DNA from: Octopus bimaculoides
Lineage: Eukaryota
Assembly: GCF_001194135.2 (NCBI RefSeq)
Contig: NC_068991.1
Span: forward strand, 54,588,854-54,652,784
DNA: 63,931 nucleotides
Reading direction: 5' to 3'
Below the pieces are notes generated by a model, which did not search any database, was not told the origin of the DNA, and saw only the letters and a program-made list of their open reading frames with translations. Every line of letters starts with the position of its first letter. The stretch's first letter is position 1. A program made the translations under genes and the position numbers. Positions 44,201 to 58,857 of this stretch are shown here, piece by piece.

Positions 44201-47200
44201 ATGAAGTCTTTTAAAGTTCTAAGAGTGTCCTCCTTGTACTTTTGCTACCCACTGACCAAACACTGCCCTCCCCACTCTACAAACTTACTCTGAAAGAGAC
44301 ATTACAGAGATCACTTGTCAACCATACTGGCAATGTGACCAAACCACCATATCTGAGATTTGCAAAGAGAATGTGGATGTTGAGCATCACTGAGCCATTG
44401 AGGACCTTGGTATGAGACTTTGTCCTACCAATAAATGTAGAGTATTTTATGCATAATGTTCCAACTCCCAACTGTAAAGAACTGTTCCTCTTAGAATTCT
44501 TCCTCTTATGTCACATTTAAAATTAAACCTTGGAATTATTTCTTCCAGCAATCATGTGACAACTGTAACAGCAACTTTAATGAATGAAGTATTGGGGAAA
44601 GTACTTCGTCTCATATTGAACAATGTCAATAATCCAAATGCTTCCTGGATGAATCGGATTGCATGTGAGTGTTCAGTTTTCTCTTTCGTCTTTTTTCTTT
44701 TCATGTTTATTTTTTCATCAAGTTTACCAAATGTTGAAGTAGCATTATATTACTGACAAATTAAGGTAGTAAGCTGACAGAAATTCATTACAGTATTAAT
44801 CACATTCAATTGTACACATTTCTCTTTAGTTATGTCAATACTGTCTTTAAAAAAGCATGAATCTCACAAGATCTCATTTTTTGTCACCAGTATTTTCTTT
44901 ACATTAGTATTCAGTCTTTCAAATGAAAATAATAATAATTTTCCCTAATGAAATCTTGCAATTCTAAATTAATTCAAATAACTATATCTAGTTCCATTTT
45001 AGAAACATTTAAGAAACAATATTCATTATTATGCAAAAAAGTTCATTTATTAAAATTGTTAAAATTTATCATGTATCTCCATTTGTATTTTTTTTTTTTT
45101 TTGACACATGAGTAAATAATATTTACAGTAGTACTGAGCTCTATAGATTAATTTCTTACTTCTAACTCTTCTAGCTCGAGTTCAACCAATCATTGGTAAC
45201 TCAACACCATATATGGTTGAAGAACATTTCCTACCAATAGCTAAAAAGATTCAAACATGTGCTCTGAATGTTGAACATGCTGAGAAGAAACTCTCTGATC
45301 GTAGAGTCAGTAGTGATAATTCAGATTTGGAAGGAGAACTTCAGCAGGTTTGTACAATAAATATTAATAATATGGTTTATATATTTCATGTCACTGATGT
45401 GTATTTGTATATGTCGTGTATTTATATTTTGGAGATGCGTTTGCCAGGCAAGTGATTTAATCAGAAACAGTATATTGAAAGTAAAACAATTATGGCATGA
45501 AAGATACAAATTAGCCATTTGTAAAAACATACAAATTGTTTAGAAAATAAACAGTGACCAGGCTGCAATTGCTGAGAGGAAAATTTTAACCCTAAATAAT
45601 AAATGTTTAAGTGAAGTTAACAGATATTTTGTTTTTGAATGGCTAAAATGTACATATTTTGTCATCATCATTTAACATCAGCTTTCCAAGCTGGCATGAG
45701 TTGGACGTTTTGACAAGAGCTGGCCAGTTGGGGAGCTACACAGGCTCCAGTAGTCTGTTGTGGCATGGGTTCTACAGCTGGATGCCCTTCCCAACACCAG
45801 CCACTTCACAGAGTGTACTGGGTGTTTTTTATGTGGCACCAGCATGAGTGCTTTTGTGTAGCACTGGCACAGGCACATTTACGTGGAACCAGCATGGGTG
45901 CTCTTATGTGGTACTGGTATGGGTGCACTTACATGGCACTGGCATGGGTGTGTTTACGTGGTAATGGCACAGGTGCTTTTATTTGGCACCAGCACCAAAT
46001 CTTCTATTTGGGCACTTCTATTTTAAGTAAAGAAAGAAGACATTAGGTATTATAGACCTTTGTAGACCTTGACATTGTCCTAAAAAGACTGAATGGCTAT
46101 GTCTGGAATGCCTTTTATTATAGTTCTGATTGATCAGGAGGTGATTTAAAGTTCACTAATATTGACATTCTCAACCTAAACTATGTCTATAATAAAAGTA
46201 TTTACCTGTTAGATAACACTATGCACTCCAGAATGATAGGCAGTAATTCTTTACAACCAAAGATTATACCCACTTGTGCATTTTCCACTCTTTCCTCATC
46301 ACTTCCGAGTACTTAATCTGATTGACCCTATCCTAAGCAGTTTGTTTAATCTTTCCTCTTTAAAAACACCTTGAAATCTATTCCTACCCATCTATTCTCT
46401 CCAACCAATAAGATATAGATGCAGGCTGGATCATGTGATTAAAAAGTATGCTGTTCAGTTACATGTTTCAGATTTGATCCCATGTAACACATAGCCTGGT
46501 GAGTGAAACTTGGTAGATGAAAACTGTGTTGAATCCAATTGGAAAGATTGTCCTTATTCTTGAGTACCTGACTTAATCCATTGCCTGGTTTAACACTTCC
46601 ATGTTCTTCTTGACAGTCTTTAACAACAGTCTTTCTGTTGCAAGCATTTTTTTTATTTCTCTGGTCTGAGAATATTCTGTCATCCTCTACCAGTCTTGGA
46701 GGCCTTAAAATAGATATGGACACTATCTTTTCTCCTCTTTCTCCTCCATTATCAAAATTCAAAAATTAAAATCCAACAAGAACTGCTCCAAGCAGATGCA
46801 GTTATCCTAACTGCTCTTATTAGAACTATAGTTACACGTGACTCCTACAGCAAACACATAAATGGACTACTGATATAAGTGGCTCCTTCTACTGCTAACA
46901 CATAAACAGACTACAGATACAAGTGACTCTTCTACTGCAATCACATAAATAGACAACAGATACAAGTGACTCCTTCTACAGCTACAAATAAATAGACTAT
47001 AGGTGATTCCTACGACTAACTCATAGACTATAGATGTAAGTGAATCCTTTTACAGCTAACATATAACTAGACTATAGATACAAATAATGTTTTCTACAGC
47101 TAATGTATAAATGAACTATAAACAGCACAAGTGACTCTTTCTACAGCTGACACATAAATAGACGATATATTCAAATCATTCCTGCTATAGCTAATACACA

Positions 47201-47757
47201 AATGGGCTCATCAAATCCAGTAAATACCTAAATAGAAATATAATTCTAAAATTATGTCTTAGTAAACACAGAGTAATGCTATGTGGTTTATTTATAAAAT
47301 ATTTTACACTAAAATTATCGATGTATTTCATGAGTATACTTTTCACTTTTACAGTATTATGGCGTTTTGGTACGGGACCTGTACGCTTTCTACCCACTAC
47401 TTATCAAATACGTCGACCTTCATCGTTCAAGTTGGCTTAAAAATCCTATTGTTGCAGCAGAAGAACTTTTCAACTGTGTAGCCTACATTTTCACACTGTG
47501 GTCAAAGTCCCTAGTAAGTTTTTCTTTTTAGTTTTCGATTATTTGTGAGAGGGTTGTTCTTCCTATATTTCATACAAATGATAGCTTTCAATATTTTTTC
47601 TTTTTTCCCAAAAACGTATTTAATGTTTATATTTAACACAAGTATGACATTGCAATTAGGATGTTCACTTTGCAACTTACAGTGTAGAACCTTATGCAAA
47701 AGTCTTCTGACTGATGCTTTGTGAATGGGATTTGGTAAACAGAAACTAGATGGATGC

Positions 47758-47814
<57 letters not shown>

Positions 47815-50465
47815 GTGTGTGTTGAGTAAAAACGTTGTATGATATTTAGATATGCTGTTACATCCCTTTTATACCAAAGTGGATTTAACCACTTGATAAA
47901 TATCGATAAAATAAGTTACAGACCGAGAACTAAATACTGGGGTCAATATATCTAACTAAAACCCTTGAAGGTTGTGAACACATCGTTGTTGCACTTCAAA
48001 AAAGGATTGAAGCCAATCAAAGAAAATGAAAAGTATCAAAAAATAAATTTTTCTCCATGGACTGAACACAAGCAAATTGTAGTCTCTGATGCACTGTCAG
48101 AAAATAGACAGACCAACTCCTTTTTTCAGTTCAGAGAGAGATTATATAAACAATTGTTTATAATTATTTAGTATTTTCAATTTCACATGCAACACAGACT
48201 AAAATTTATACTAGTACTACAACTACAATAGATATGCTCTAACAAATATTTACATTATCCAAAACAAGCTACGTAGTAGATTAATAATTAATTAATTGAC
48301 CTAACTACAAGGAAAATGAAATATATGAAAATTGGATTTTCAGTTTGGTGAGGTTCTTGATAACAGTGACAGTTTATACAATGTCTCGGTGGACAGAAGA
48401 TAGGTCAATATGCAGCCTGTGATGAGCTGCTCCCAAATGGGACTGAAACCATTCAACTTGATCCCATTTTTTCTGCCCATGAAGAGACTGGATGTGCATT
48501 TTTTAAAATATTTATTCCATATATCTATACTGAAATAAGTTTACAATCAACTTGATTGACAAATAAATATATAGTAGGATGATTTCCCATATAAATATTT
48601 TGCTGCATAAATTAAAATTATATAATTGGAAAATAATAAATATTCTCTTATATCTTGGGAGGGTCATTATGCTAAAAATAAACATACATACTCATTCTAT
48701 TTCACTTCTTTATTCTTATTGGTCATTTAAATAGTTAACTAATTGATTATTTGATTAATTGCTTGGTCAATCAATCAGCTAGGTACTCAAAGTCTTTATG
48801 TTGCATGTAATGGTTGTATTTTCCTCTTGGTAAAATATTCATTCCATTCTATTAATTTAGCTGTTCAAGAGAGAAGAACAAAACTTTGTATCTCAGAATG
48901 AGATAGACAACATGGCATTGATTATGCCCAGCCAAGCTAAAGGATTGTCAGTTGTGAAAGTTGAAGACGACCAAACCAGACAAACATCTGGAAGAAAGAA
49001 AGACAAGAAAAGATTAGAAGCTCATAACAGTCTAAATGTAGCTTGTCTCAAGCGGTTGTTCCCTATTGGCCTCAGTTTCTTCAGCGGAAGAGAGCAGGAG
49101 CTACTGCAGTACACCAAAGAAAAGCTTATAAGAGTATGTAATACAGTTTCTGCTATAGGGAAAATAAAAACTTAATTTAAGACCTTTTAGGAAAATACTT
49201 ATATATGTCGAGCGAGATCGTTGCCAGTGCCCCTGGACTGGCTTGTGCGGGTGGCACATAAAAGACACCATTTCGAGCGTGGCCGTTTTCGTGCGGGTGA
49301 CACGTAAAAGCACCCACTACACTCTCTGAGTGGTTGGCGTTAGGAAGGGCATCCAGCTGTAGAAACTCTGCCAAATTAGACTGGAGCCTGGTGTTGCCAT
49401 CCGGTTTCACCAGTCCTCAGTCAAATCGTCCAACCCATGCTAGCATGGAAAGCGGACGTTAAACGATGATGATGATGATGATGATGACAAAGTTAAAAGT
49501 AATATAGTTTAAGTATTTGTATTCTTTATTTCGAAATATATATACATAAGTAAATAAAAATATCTAAAATTAAACAAGTTTCTTTGAAACAATACATTTT
49601 AAATCAATTGTAAATACGATAAAATTCCTAAAATATAAGAATGAAAGAATAACATTAAAGCTTTTTAGGTATTTAGCAAATTAAAAATAAATGAAATGTT
49701 TTAATCATTGTTTTAAAATAAATGTAATTATGATCCTATTAGAGCAATATTTAAAGCAGTTTGATTGGTTCGAAAATTAAATGACAAAACAATTAAATAG
49801 TATCTAAACAGTTGTAAATATATCTTCAAGAAATATTTTTGAAGTTTTTCTTCTCCAAATTGTTTCCTAAACCAGCATGTTTGGTGTTTCTTTGAAGATT
49901 TCTATTTGTGAAGCTAATCTTTGAGAAGTGGTTCACTCATGTAGCACTAATAACTCAGCCATGGAGGAAAAGTATAATCACTCCTCACCATCAATCAATT
50001 AATCATCTAATGCACTACAAGTTAGTCATCTTAGTATAAAATATGTCAGTGTATATACATTCATGTATGTGTGTATACCCATACATATATGTATTATACA
50101 GGTGTAAATGTCATATATATTATATTCTTTTATGTGTGTATATATATATGCATGTATGTGTGTGTGTATACACACATATATATATGCATATACACACACA
50201 TATCTTTCTATATATGGTTTTTTATAGAGATTCTGTAGGCTATCATCATTTCATTTGATAAAACCATACCAATACTTCACCAGAACATATCCATTAATAT
50301 TCAGTAATCAAGTCATAGGATGATGCTAATTATTATTGTCTTTTGGTGTGGTTTGCTTTGAACAAATTGATTTTAATTCTTACCCATTTTTTTATCTAAT
50401 CACACATCTATGGGGTTACTACAATAATGGAAATAAACTTTTATAGGCCCAGATATATGACTTTG

Positions 50466-50516
<51 letters not shown>

Positions 50517-51908
50517 NNNNNNNNNNTTTATTTGTGTCAAAATCTAATGATTTTTGTGTGTTTTTTAAATGGCTTATAAACACCTTCCACACTGCAATTA
50601 TTTTTGTTTCAGCACACAATCTCAGATCAAGTCACTTGCTATGCAAGTATATCTCCATAATATATATATATAAAATATATATGGCTTTGATTTTCATGGC
50701 ATCTGAACTACTGACAATATCAAATGACTTGTATGACAAGATCCCTGAACTGAGTTGGGCTGTAACATTAGTGAGGTGACATATATGAATATATACATAT
50801 ATATGTGTGTACATATATAATGCATATATATATGTATGTATGCATGTGTCCATGCATTTTTGTACTAAGTTATCGAGCATAAGTCATCACTTATGTCCAT
50901 TTATGCACCATAACTTAGTGGTTCAGTAAAGAGAAATCAATAAAATAAATAAAAGCAGTAGAATGAAATATGTTTGGGAATCTATATATTCAACTAAATC
51001 TTTGTAGGCTGTACACCATCATGTTTGCAGTTAAAACAATAAGCAATAGAGCTATGACAGCTACAGGCACAGCTTTATTTATAAATATATATGTAGATGC
51101 AATTTCCATTATATAATTAAATCATATATTAATATTTAATTAATATCCATATTAATAATGTTCATATTGGTTTTTATTTTGATTTCTTTTGATTTTATTT
51201 AAATTCATTGGATTTCTTTAATGGTTATTTTCAATTTGTCCCTAATTTGGTTCTTGTACCTTATTTATAATAATATTCTACCCTAACTGTTATATCCCTA
51301 ATGTGTATTTTTAATTGGGGTTTTCATCTGTACTTAAATGAGTTGTTTTTTCATAAAATTAATTATTTTCAATTCCAGGGATACAGAAATTCCTACAATT
51401 TGTGAAGTAAATTATTCTTTTGAAACTTCAAACTTGACTGCAAACCAATCAGTAGATCTGTTCATGTCCAATGAGAAGTCCCAGAGATTCATAGAATAGG
51501 GAACCAAAAGTTAAATTATTGTATCAGAAACCCTAATGAAGTTAGAATGATGGAATTAATGACAGAAGAAAAGATGATGATAGGAAATAAGATCATTGGA
51601 AATTTTAGCAAATCGTTTATTTTAAATATCAATATTGATTTCTGGTGCAATTGGAATCTTCAATTAGAAAAAATTTATTGACTGCAGTTCATTTCTGAAA
51701 TTTAGTAGTAATTTGCTGATAAGCCAAAACCAAATAGTTTCAAGTCTTGCTTTAAGCTACTTCACTTCATATCACACTTTTGTTACTATATTTCTCTTAA
51801 AATACACTGCTTCTGCATTATTTTTTTTCGCTTTTTTGGGAAAATTTAAAATGTTTTAATTTCAATTTATAAAGTGGAAAATATAATTGCAAATACAAAG
51901 CAAAATAT

Positions 51909-51945
<37 letters not shown>

Positions 51946-52448
51946 CTCTTTTACTTATTTCAGTCAATTCACTGTAGCCATGCTGAAGCACCACTTTTCA
52001 GTTGAAGAAATTGACCCCCGGACTTATTCTTTGTAAGTCTGGTGCTTATTATATCAGTCTCTTCTGCCAAACCACTAAGTTATGGGGATGTAAACACAGC
52101 AACATCAGTTGTCAAGTAATGGTGGTGGATACAAACAGATACAAACACACACACATAAATATATACATACATCATCATCATCATTGTTTAACGTCCGCTT
52201 TCCATGCTAGCATGGGTTGGATGATTTGACTGAGGACTGGTGAACCAGATGGCTACACCAGACTCCAATCTGATTTGGCAGAGTTTCTACAGCTGGATGC
52301 CTTTCCTAACGCCAACCACTCTGAGAGTGTAGTGGGTGCTTTTACATGCCACCGGCACGAAGGCCAGTCAGGCGGTACTGGCAACGTCCACGCTCAAAAT
52401 TGTGTATTTTACCTGCAACCTGCATGGGAGCCAGTCCAGCGGCACTGG

Positions 52449-52492
<44 letters not shown>

Positions 52493-55400
52493 CAAGTTTC
52501 TTTCAGTTTCTGTCTACCAAATCCACTCACAAGGCTTTGGTCAGCCCAAAGCTATAGAAGACACTTGCCCAAAGTGCCACACAGCAGATATATACAAAAA
52601 AATGTTTTGTGCTGTTAATCCACAAATTCTACTCAGAAATCACTTTTTATTACTGACAGAAATAATAATTACATATATAACATGAATGTATAAGATACAT
52701 ACATAATACAAAACCAAATTAAAATACTAATCCCAAACCAAAGAAAACACTGGTATTTGAATCATAAATTAACATGAAATTTTATTGGCAAGTTTTAATT
52801 TAGATCACTTTAAAAAAGATGTTGTGCCATAGAACCAGGGACAGTCTTAGGTGGGCTGGTATCAAAAGTGTTGAAGAGCTAAAGTTCTTGAGACAGGCAT
52901 GAATGGTCCTACTTATTTCTCTTCTTCTATAAATCTGATATCATTTGCTTGTGTAAGAAATTAATATTTTTTCTTTATTGATGGAAACTGGACTATTGTA
53001 ATAAACCTAGCAATATAACTTTTCCATACCAAATGTTTGTTTGATAAAATTTAGATTTTAAATAAATAATAATATAGAGAAGTTATATTTGAATGGTAAT
53101 ATAGAGAAGTTATATTTGAATGGTAATTTCTGTATCCTCCTATAAAGAAAAATCTGTTGTTTAATTCAAGATTTATGTTAATATATTAAAATTCATTTGT
53201 GTGGTTGTTTTATTTGACTACCTGCGTTCTTTTACCAAATAAATGTCGAGCGTTGCTCACCAACATGGAGAGTGCAGAACTGTTTTCACTAAAAGCATGG
53301 TGTTCTAAGCATGGTGTGTTTAACTTATCGTGGGCATTTTCTAACTTTTTATTCTGTTAGAAGGAACCGGAAGGAGACATCGAAACTTTCCTGAAGGCAC
53401 TACTGGAAACAGTTGAAGGGGTGAGTCATTGTTAAATACATTGGTACTTTTCTTGTTGAAAGTGTATGGCTTGGTGGCTAGGAGTATTCAGCTCACAATC
53501 ATAAGACCATGAGTTCAATACATGGTGACACGTTGTGTCCTTGAGCAAGACACTTTTTTTCATGTTGCTCCAGTCCACTCAACTGGCAAAATTGAGTAGT
53601 CATTTGTATTTCAAAAGGCCAGCCTTGTCACATTCTGTGTCATGCTGACTCTCCCTGTGAATTACATTAAGGGTACATGTGTTTGTGGAGTGCTCAGTCA
53701 CTTGCGCATTAATTTCATGAGCAGGCCAGTTTTTTTGTGAGGGTGGAGTGTTAGCGCTTTTATTACAAGCCTTCTAAACAATCTAGAATGCTTAATATTT
53801 ACATAAGATGTTAAAGAAAAAGAAAAAAGGCTAAATTAATTAATAAACTTTAATGCATATTTGAGATCCCATAGTTTTGCTAAAATTTGTATCATCATCA
53901 TCATCATCATAATTTTCCATTTACTTTGCCATGTTTGATGGGTTAGACAGTTCTCAGATACAATGATTTGCCATTTTTTGAGATTCTTTGCTATTTCCTC
54001 CAAGAGGTTTGACCTACTGAGATCAGCTTTCATCACTTCTCATGTCATCATGGATCTTTGTTTTCGACAAGATTATTCCTCTTGGATCACTTGGTACTTC
54101 TCAACCCAACTACCCCCTGCCATACCCTCCATAAACACCTACTCCTTTTGTTAGCATGCTCTCTTCTTTGCATAAAGCATAAAAGCATCAGAGACCACTC
54201 TTGCAGAGAGCAATTCAGCAGTAAACAGCAGCATAGGAGTATCAGCTTATTCTTCCTATTCCATTCTTCATCTTCATTTAACATTCACTTTTCCATGTTT
54301 GCATAGGTCAGACAGAATTCGTCTAAAAATTTTTTATGTCCAGATGCCCTTCTTGTTGCCAACAGATGCCCTTTACTTGTTGCTAAGCAAAGTAATATTT
54401 TCCCAAGATCAGACATGTTTTACCATGTAAGACAGGAAGCAATACTTCTAGTATGATAGTGACACTTGCTTATAACCATCACATGACATCTAGACAAGGA
54501 TGCATGCACACACACACACACACACACGCACACAGACACAAACACACACACACACACAAACATAACACACACACACACACACACACTCAATCGGCTTCTT
54601 TTAGTTTCCATCCACCAAATCCATTTGCATGGCTTTAGTCAGCCCAGAACTATATTAGAAAACGCTTGCCCAATGTACCACATTGTGGGACTGAGCCTGA
54701 GACCCCATGGTTAGAAGACAAGCTTCTTAACCACACAGCTACACCTGCACCTATTTTCATCTTCATATAAAATAGAGAATCAGGATAAAATCAGCTGATG
54801 TTTCTCTCCCTAACCTTCAAGTCATTCTCAACTCCAAGTGATAACTTAACACATATTTATTTCTATTCATTATCATCACATTTCATTTTAAACAGATCCC
54901 CTATATTTATTGACTTGTTTTGTGCCATTTGTTTCAAAAACTTGATTTTTTTATTTTGTTACAGGAGGTCGAACCAGAGCAATGGCAGAAATTACTCTTC
55001 CGAAAAATAGGAGACAGCAAGTTGAGCAGTAATATTGAGCTAAACAGTGAAAAGAGTATTGAAAGAATTGTATCAATGGCCAGAGTTATGTTTGGACTAC
55101 ATATGGTAAGAGATGACTATATGTGTTACAATTATTTCTCCATGCATAAAATATTGGGTCATCCCATAAATAATGCGTTTTTTTAGACTTCTTTTATTTT
55201 TCAAATTAAGATAAACCAAAGTTCTTTTTTAATCTAAAATATACTCTTCCATCTGTCTGGTTGACTTGCAAGCCCCTCTTCCAAAATTCATTTGTCCATG
55301 ATGAAAAATACTTCTCCAGTGCTGCTCTGACCTTGTCTACAGAATTCATATTTTTTTCCGTTCAAATGATTTTGAGAACTGTGGAATAAATAATCAAATA

Positions 55401-57228
55401 AGGCAATGTCCAACGAATATGGTGGGTGGGGCATCGTTTCCCATTCAAACTGTTCCAGCCTTTGGAATGTCATCCTCACTGTATGTGGTCAAGCATTATC
55501 CTGATGGAAGAACACCTTTCATCTTGAAACCAAACAAGGTCATTTTTCTTCTAGTGCTGACTTAAGCCGCTCAAGCTGCTTGCAGTAGATCTTTCTTATC
55601 GTTTGGTTTGGGTTTAAAAGTTCAAAGTGGACTAAACCTTTCATATCCCACCGAACAGATAACAATACCTTATGTGGGTGAAAACCTTCTTTGGCCTGGG
55701 GTGCCAGTGTTTCTCCTTTCTCTACCCACTGTTTCAGCACTTGAGATTTTTATAGAGAACCTATTTTCTCATCACCACTCACTATTCAGTCCAAAAAAGG
55801 TTCATTCGTGAGACGTAACAGCAAAGAAGAGCACACATTTACTCTCTGCACGTGATTAGACTCAGAAAGTTTGTGAGCAACCCATTGACCCAATTTGCTA
55901 ACATATTTGATGGCACACAGGTGTTGATGAATGGTTGAATGACCAAATCCAAACTTCTCAGCTAGTTCCACAACAGTTATGATGGGATTTTGTTCCACCA
56001 AGGTTTGTAGGACGTCCTTGTCAAGTTCTACAGATCTTCCAGGATGAGGCTTGTCTTCTAGGCTGTAGTTTCCGGCTCAGAATTTCTGGAACCACTGTTG
56101 ACTTTGGTTTACACTTATTGTCCGATCCCCATATATTGCATTAATATTCCTTGCACTTTCTGTTGCTGTGTTGTCTTTATTGAACTCATAAAACAAAATA
56201 TGCTGAATATGCTCCTTTGTCACTTCCATTATTGCTTTGAAAAAATAACTGTTAAAATTGAACTGCACTTTTCAAAACTTGCACTAAGAATAAGGCCAAG
56301 GTAAAATTACTACCTGCTTTTATAGCAAGTTGAGGCAGGTAGTTTATCCTGTCCCCCTCTGACTTTTAGTTCATGCAATTAAAAAAAAAAAACGCATTAT
56401 TTATGGGATAACCCAATATATTGATATTAGCTTAACTATTATTTTTTTCTATGTAAATAGCAACCCTGAATTTCTTTTCTTTTTTCCGTAAATAATTATA
56501 TTTTTCTAAATCACTCAATGTACAGTTGTGTACATTGATTACAATGGTTGTTTCATCACTACTTCAGAAAATACCATGAAGGCTAAGATTCACTAAAAAG
56601 GTGAAAATAAGACCAACATTTTATTGAACCATCTCTCATACATGTTGATAGTATCAGTTATTGAATCTTATTGGTTTCTTTTTTCTTTGCCACATAATTA
56701 TTTCCAGTCAACTGTTTAACTCCTCCTTTATTAAATAAGTTAACACTAGCTGAAACAGTGGTAGTTATGCTTGTTTTAGCTATAAAATAAATTCCTTTTC
56801 TTTTCCTTTTAACCATTTTCACTTAATTCGAATCATAGTTTTTACAAGCATGTTTGTTTTGAAAATGAAGAGAATGTTAAAGAAATACATCTTTGTTCTA
56901 TTTGAATTATAGATTATTTATTTACTATAACACTGAAGTGTAAATGGTAAGTTGGGGGTAGGATAATTTTGATAAACATCTGTGAGACTAATTGTGAGGA
57001 ATAAAATAGATGCAGGTTACTCTTTACTCTTTTACTTGTTTCAGTCATTTGACTGTGGCCATGCTGGAGCACCAACTTTTGTCGAGCAAATCGACCCCAG
57101 GACTTATTCTTTGGAAGCCTAGTACTTATTCTATCAGTCTCTTTTGCCAAACCTCTAAGTTACGGGGATGTAAACATACCAGCATCGGTTGTCAAGCAAT
57201 GTTGGGGGGGACAAACACAGACACACAA

Positions 57229-57276
<48 letters not shown>

Positions 57277-58788
57277 GACGGGCTTCTTTCAGTTTCCATC
57301 TACCAAATCCACTCACAAGGCTTTGGTCAGCCCAGGGCTATAGTAGAAGACTCTTGCTCAAGGTACCACACAATGGGACTGAACCCGGAACCATATGGTT
57401 GGTAAGCAAGCTACTTACCACACAGCCACTCCTGCACGAAAAATGAAACTGTTAATTATTAGGCATTTATTTAATAATTGGTAACAACAGAAGAATTAAA
57501 TCTCTAATGAGAAGACTATATTTAAAACCAGAGAACAACTATCAAATGCATTACTACATTTGATGGTGTATAAAACAATCTGAAAAAAATCACTCCAGAT
57601 TTTATATTCAAAGTTGCTTTATATATTACAACCTAGCTTAATTGTTAAAGTACGAGTCAAGGTATGATGCTATATGATTTATAATATGATTTATAATAAA
57701 CTAGCAGTATAACCCGACGTTGTCCGGGTGTGACTTATTACGCCATCTACGATAAATCTTGCTAGGTGAAAATCAACTAAAAAAGAAAGCCTTACAATGA
57801 AAAAACCCTTATGATGTAAATATGTTCATAATTCAAAAGACGAAATTAATAGGGAAAGTCTGAAGGCTGTTTTGTGTAACATTATTAAGTGTACGTAAAT
57901 TTCATCCGTCTAATTGGCTATACAAATGCTTGTGCAAAACAACTTTTTGCGCTGCCTTGATTATACATAGCAGGGTAATTCCTTTTCGCAGGAGGTAGGG
58001 CGTCAATTTCTGATGAAGCAATTGCTGGCGATCTATTGCTACACAGTTCTGCCAGAATTCTATCAGATTGGGCAGTAGATGATGATGCACCGTTTTGCAT
58101 TATGTTCAAAGCAGCTTCTGGCATGTGGTGAATTGCTGCAGTCTGTTGGTGTCTTTTTAAACGGGTTGCTTTGTTTCCCCCTTTGTTTGGAGGCATAATC
58201 TATATACATATTAAACAGAACAACAAAAGTTATAACAGATGGGAGGGTCGGTAGTTTTCACATTTCGGTGATTTTTCAGATTAACACCCGCACGATTACG
58301 TAACCCTAACCGTAAAACCGTAACCGTAAGACCAACCCTCATCGTAACCCTAACACCCTAGTGAAAATCGTGCGGGTGTTAATCTCAATAATAATAATAA
58401 TGACCTCTGCAGATCAAACTCCCAACCCACAACTAAGTCTTAAGTGTATATATATATATATATGGGCAACACACACACGCATACACACTAAATAAAATGC
58501 GTTTTAAGAAAGATATTAAAAAAATTCAGTTTGTAAGGAATAAATGTTTGACTGTCGATCGTATTTGGAAGAGAATGACAGATATTTGTATGTATGAGTG
58601 TGTGAGTTAAAATTCCGCCGAAGTTGACTTTGCCTTTCATCCTTTTGGGGTCTAAAAAATAAGTACCAGTTGAACACAGGGGTCAATATAATCGACTATT
58701 CTCCACCTGCCCGAAGCCGCTGTTGTGGGAAAAATTTTAAATAATAATACTAATAAATAAATAATAATAATAATAATACTAATACTAA

Positions 58789-58857
<69 letters not shown>

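Noticed and set aside
46838-47208. CRISPR-like periodicity
   Set aside because: Eukaryotic intron; tandem units without unique spacers and no cas genes
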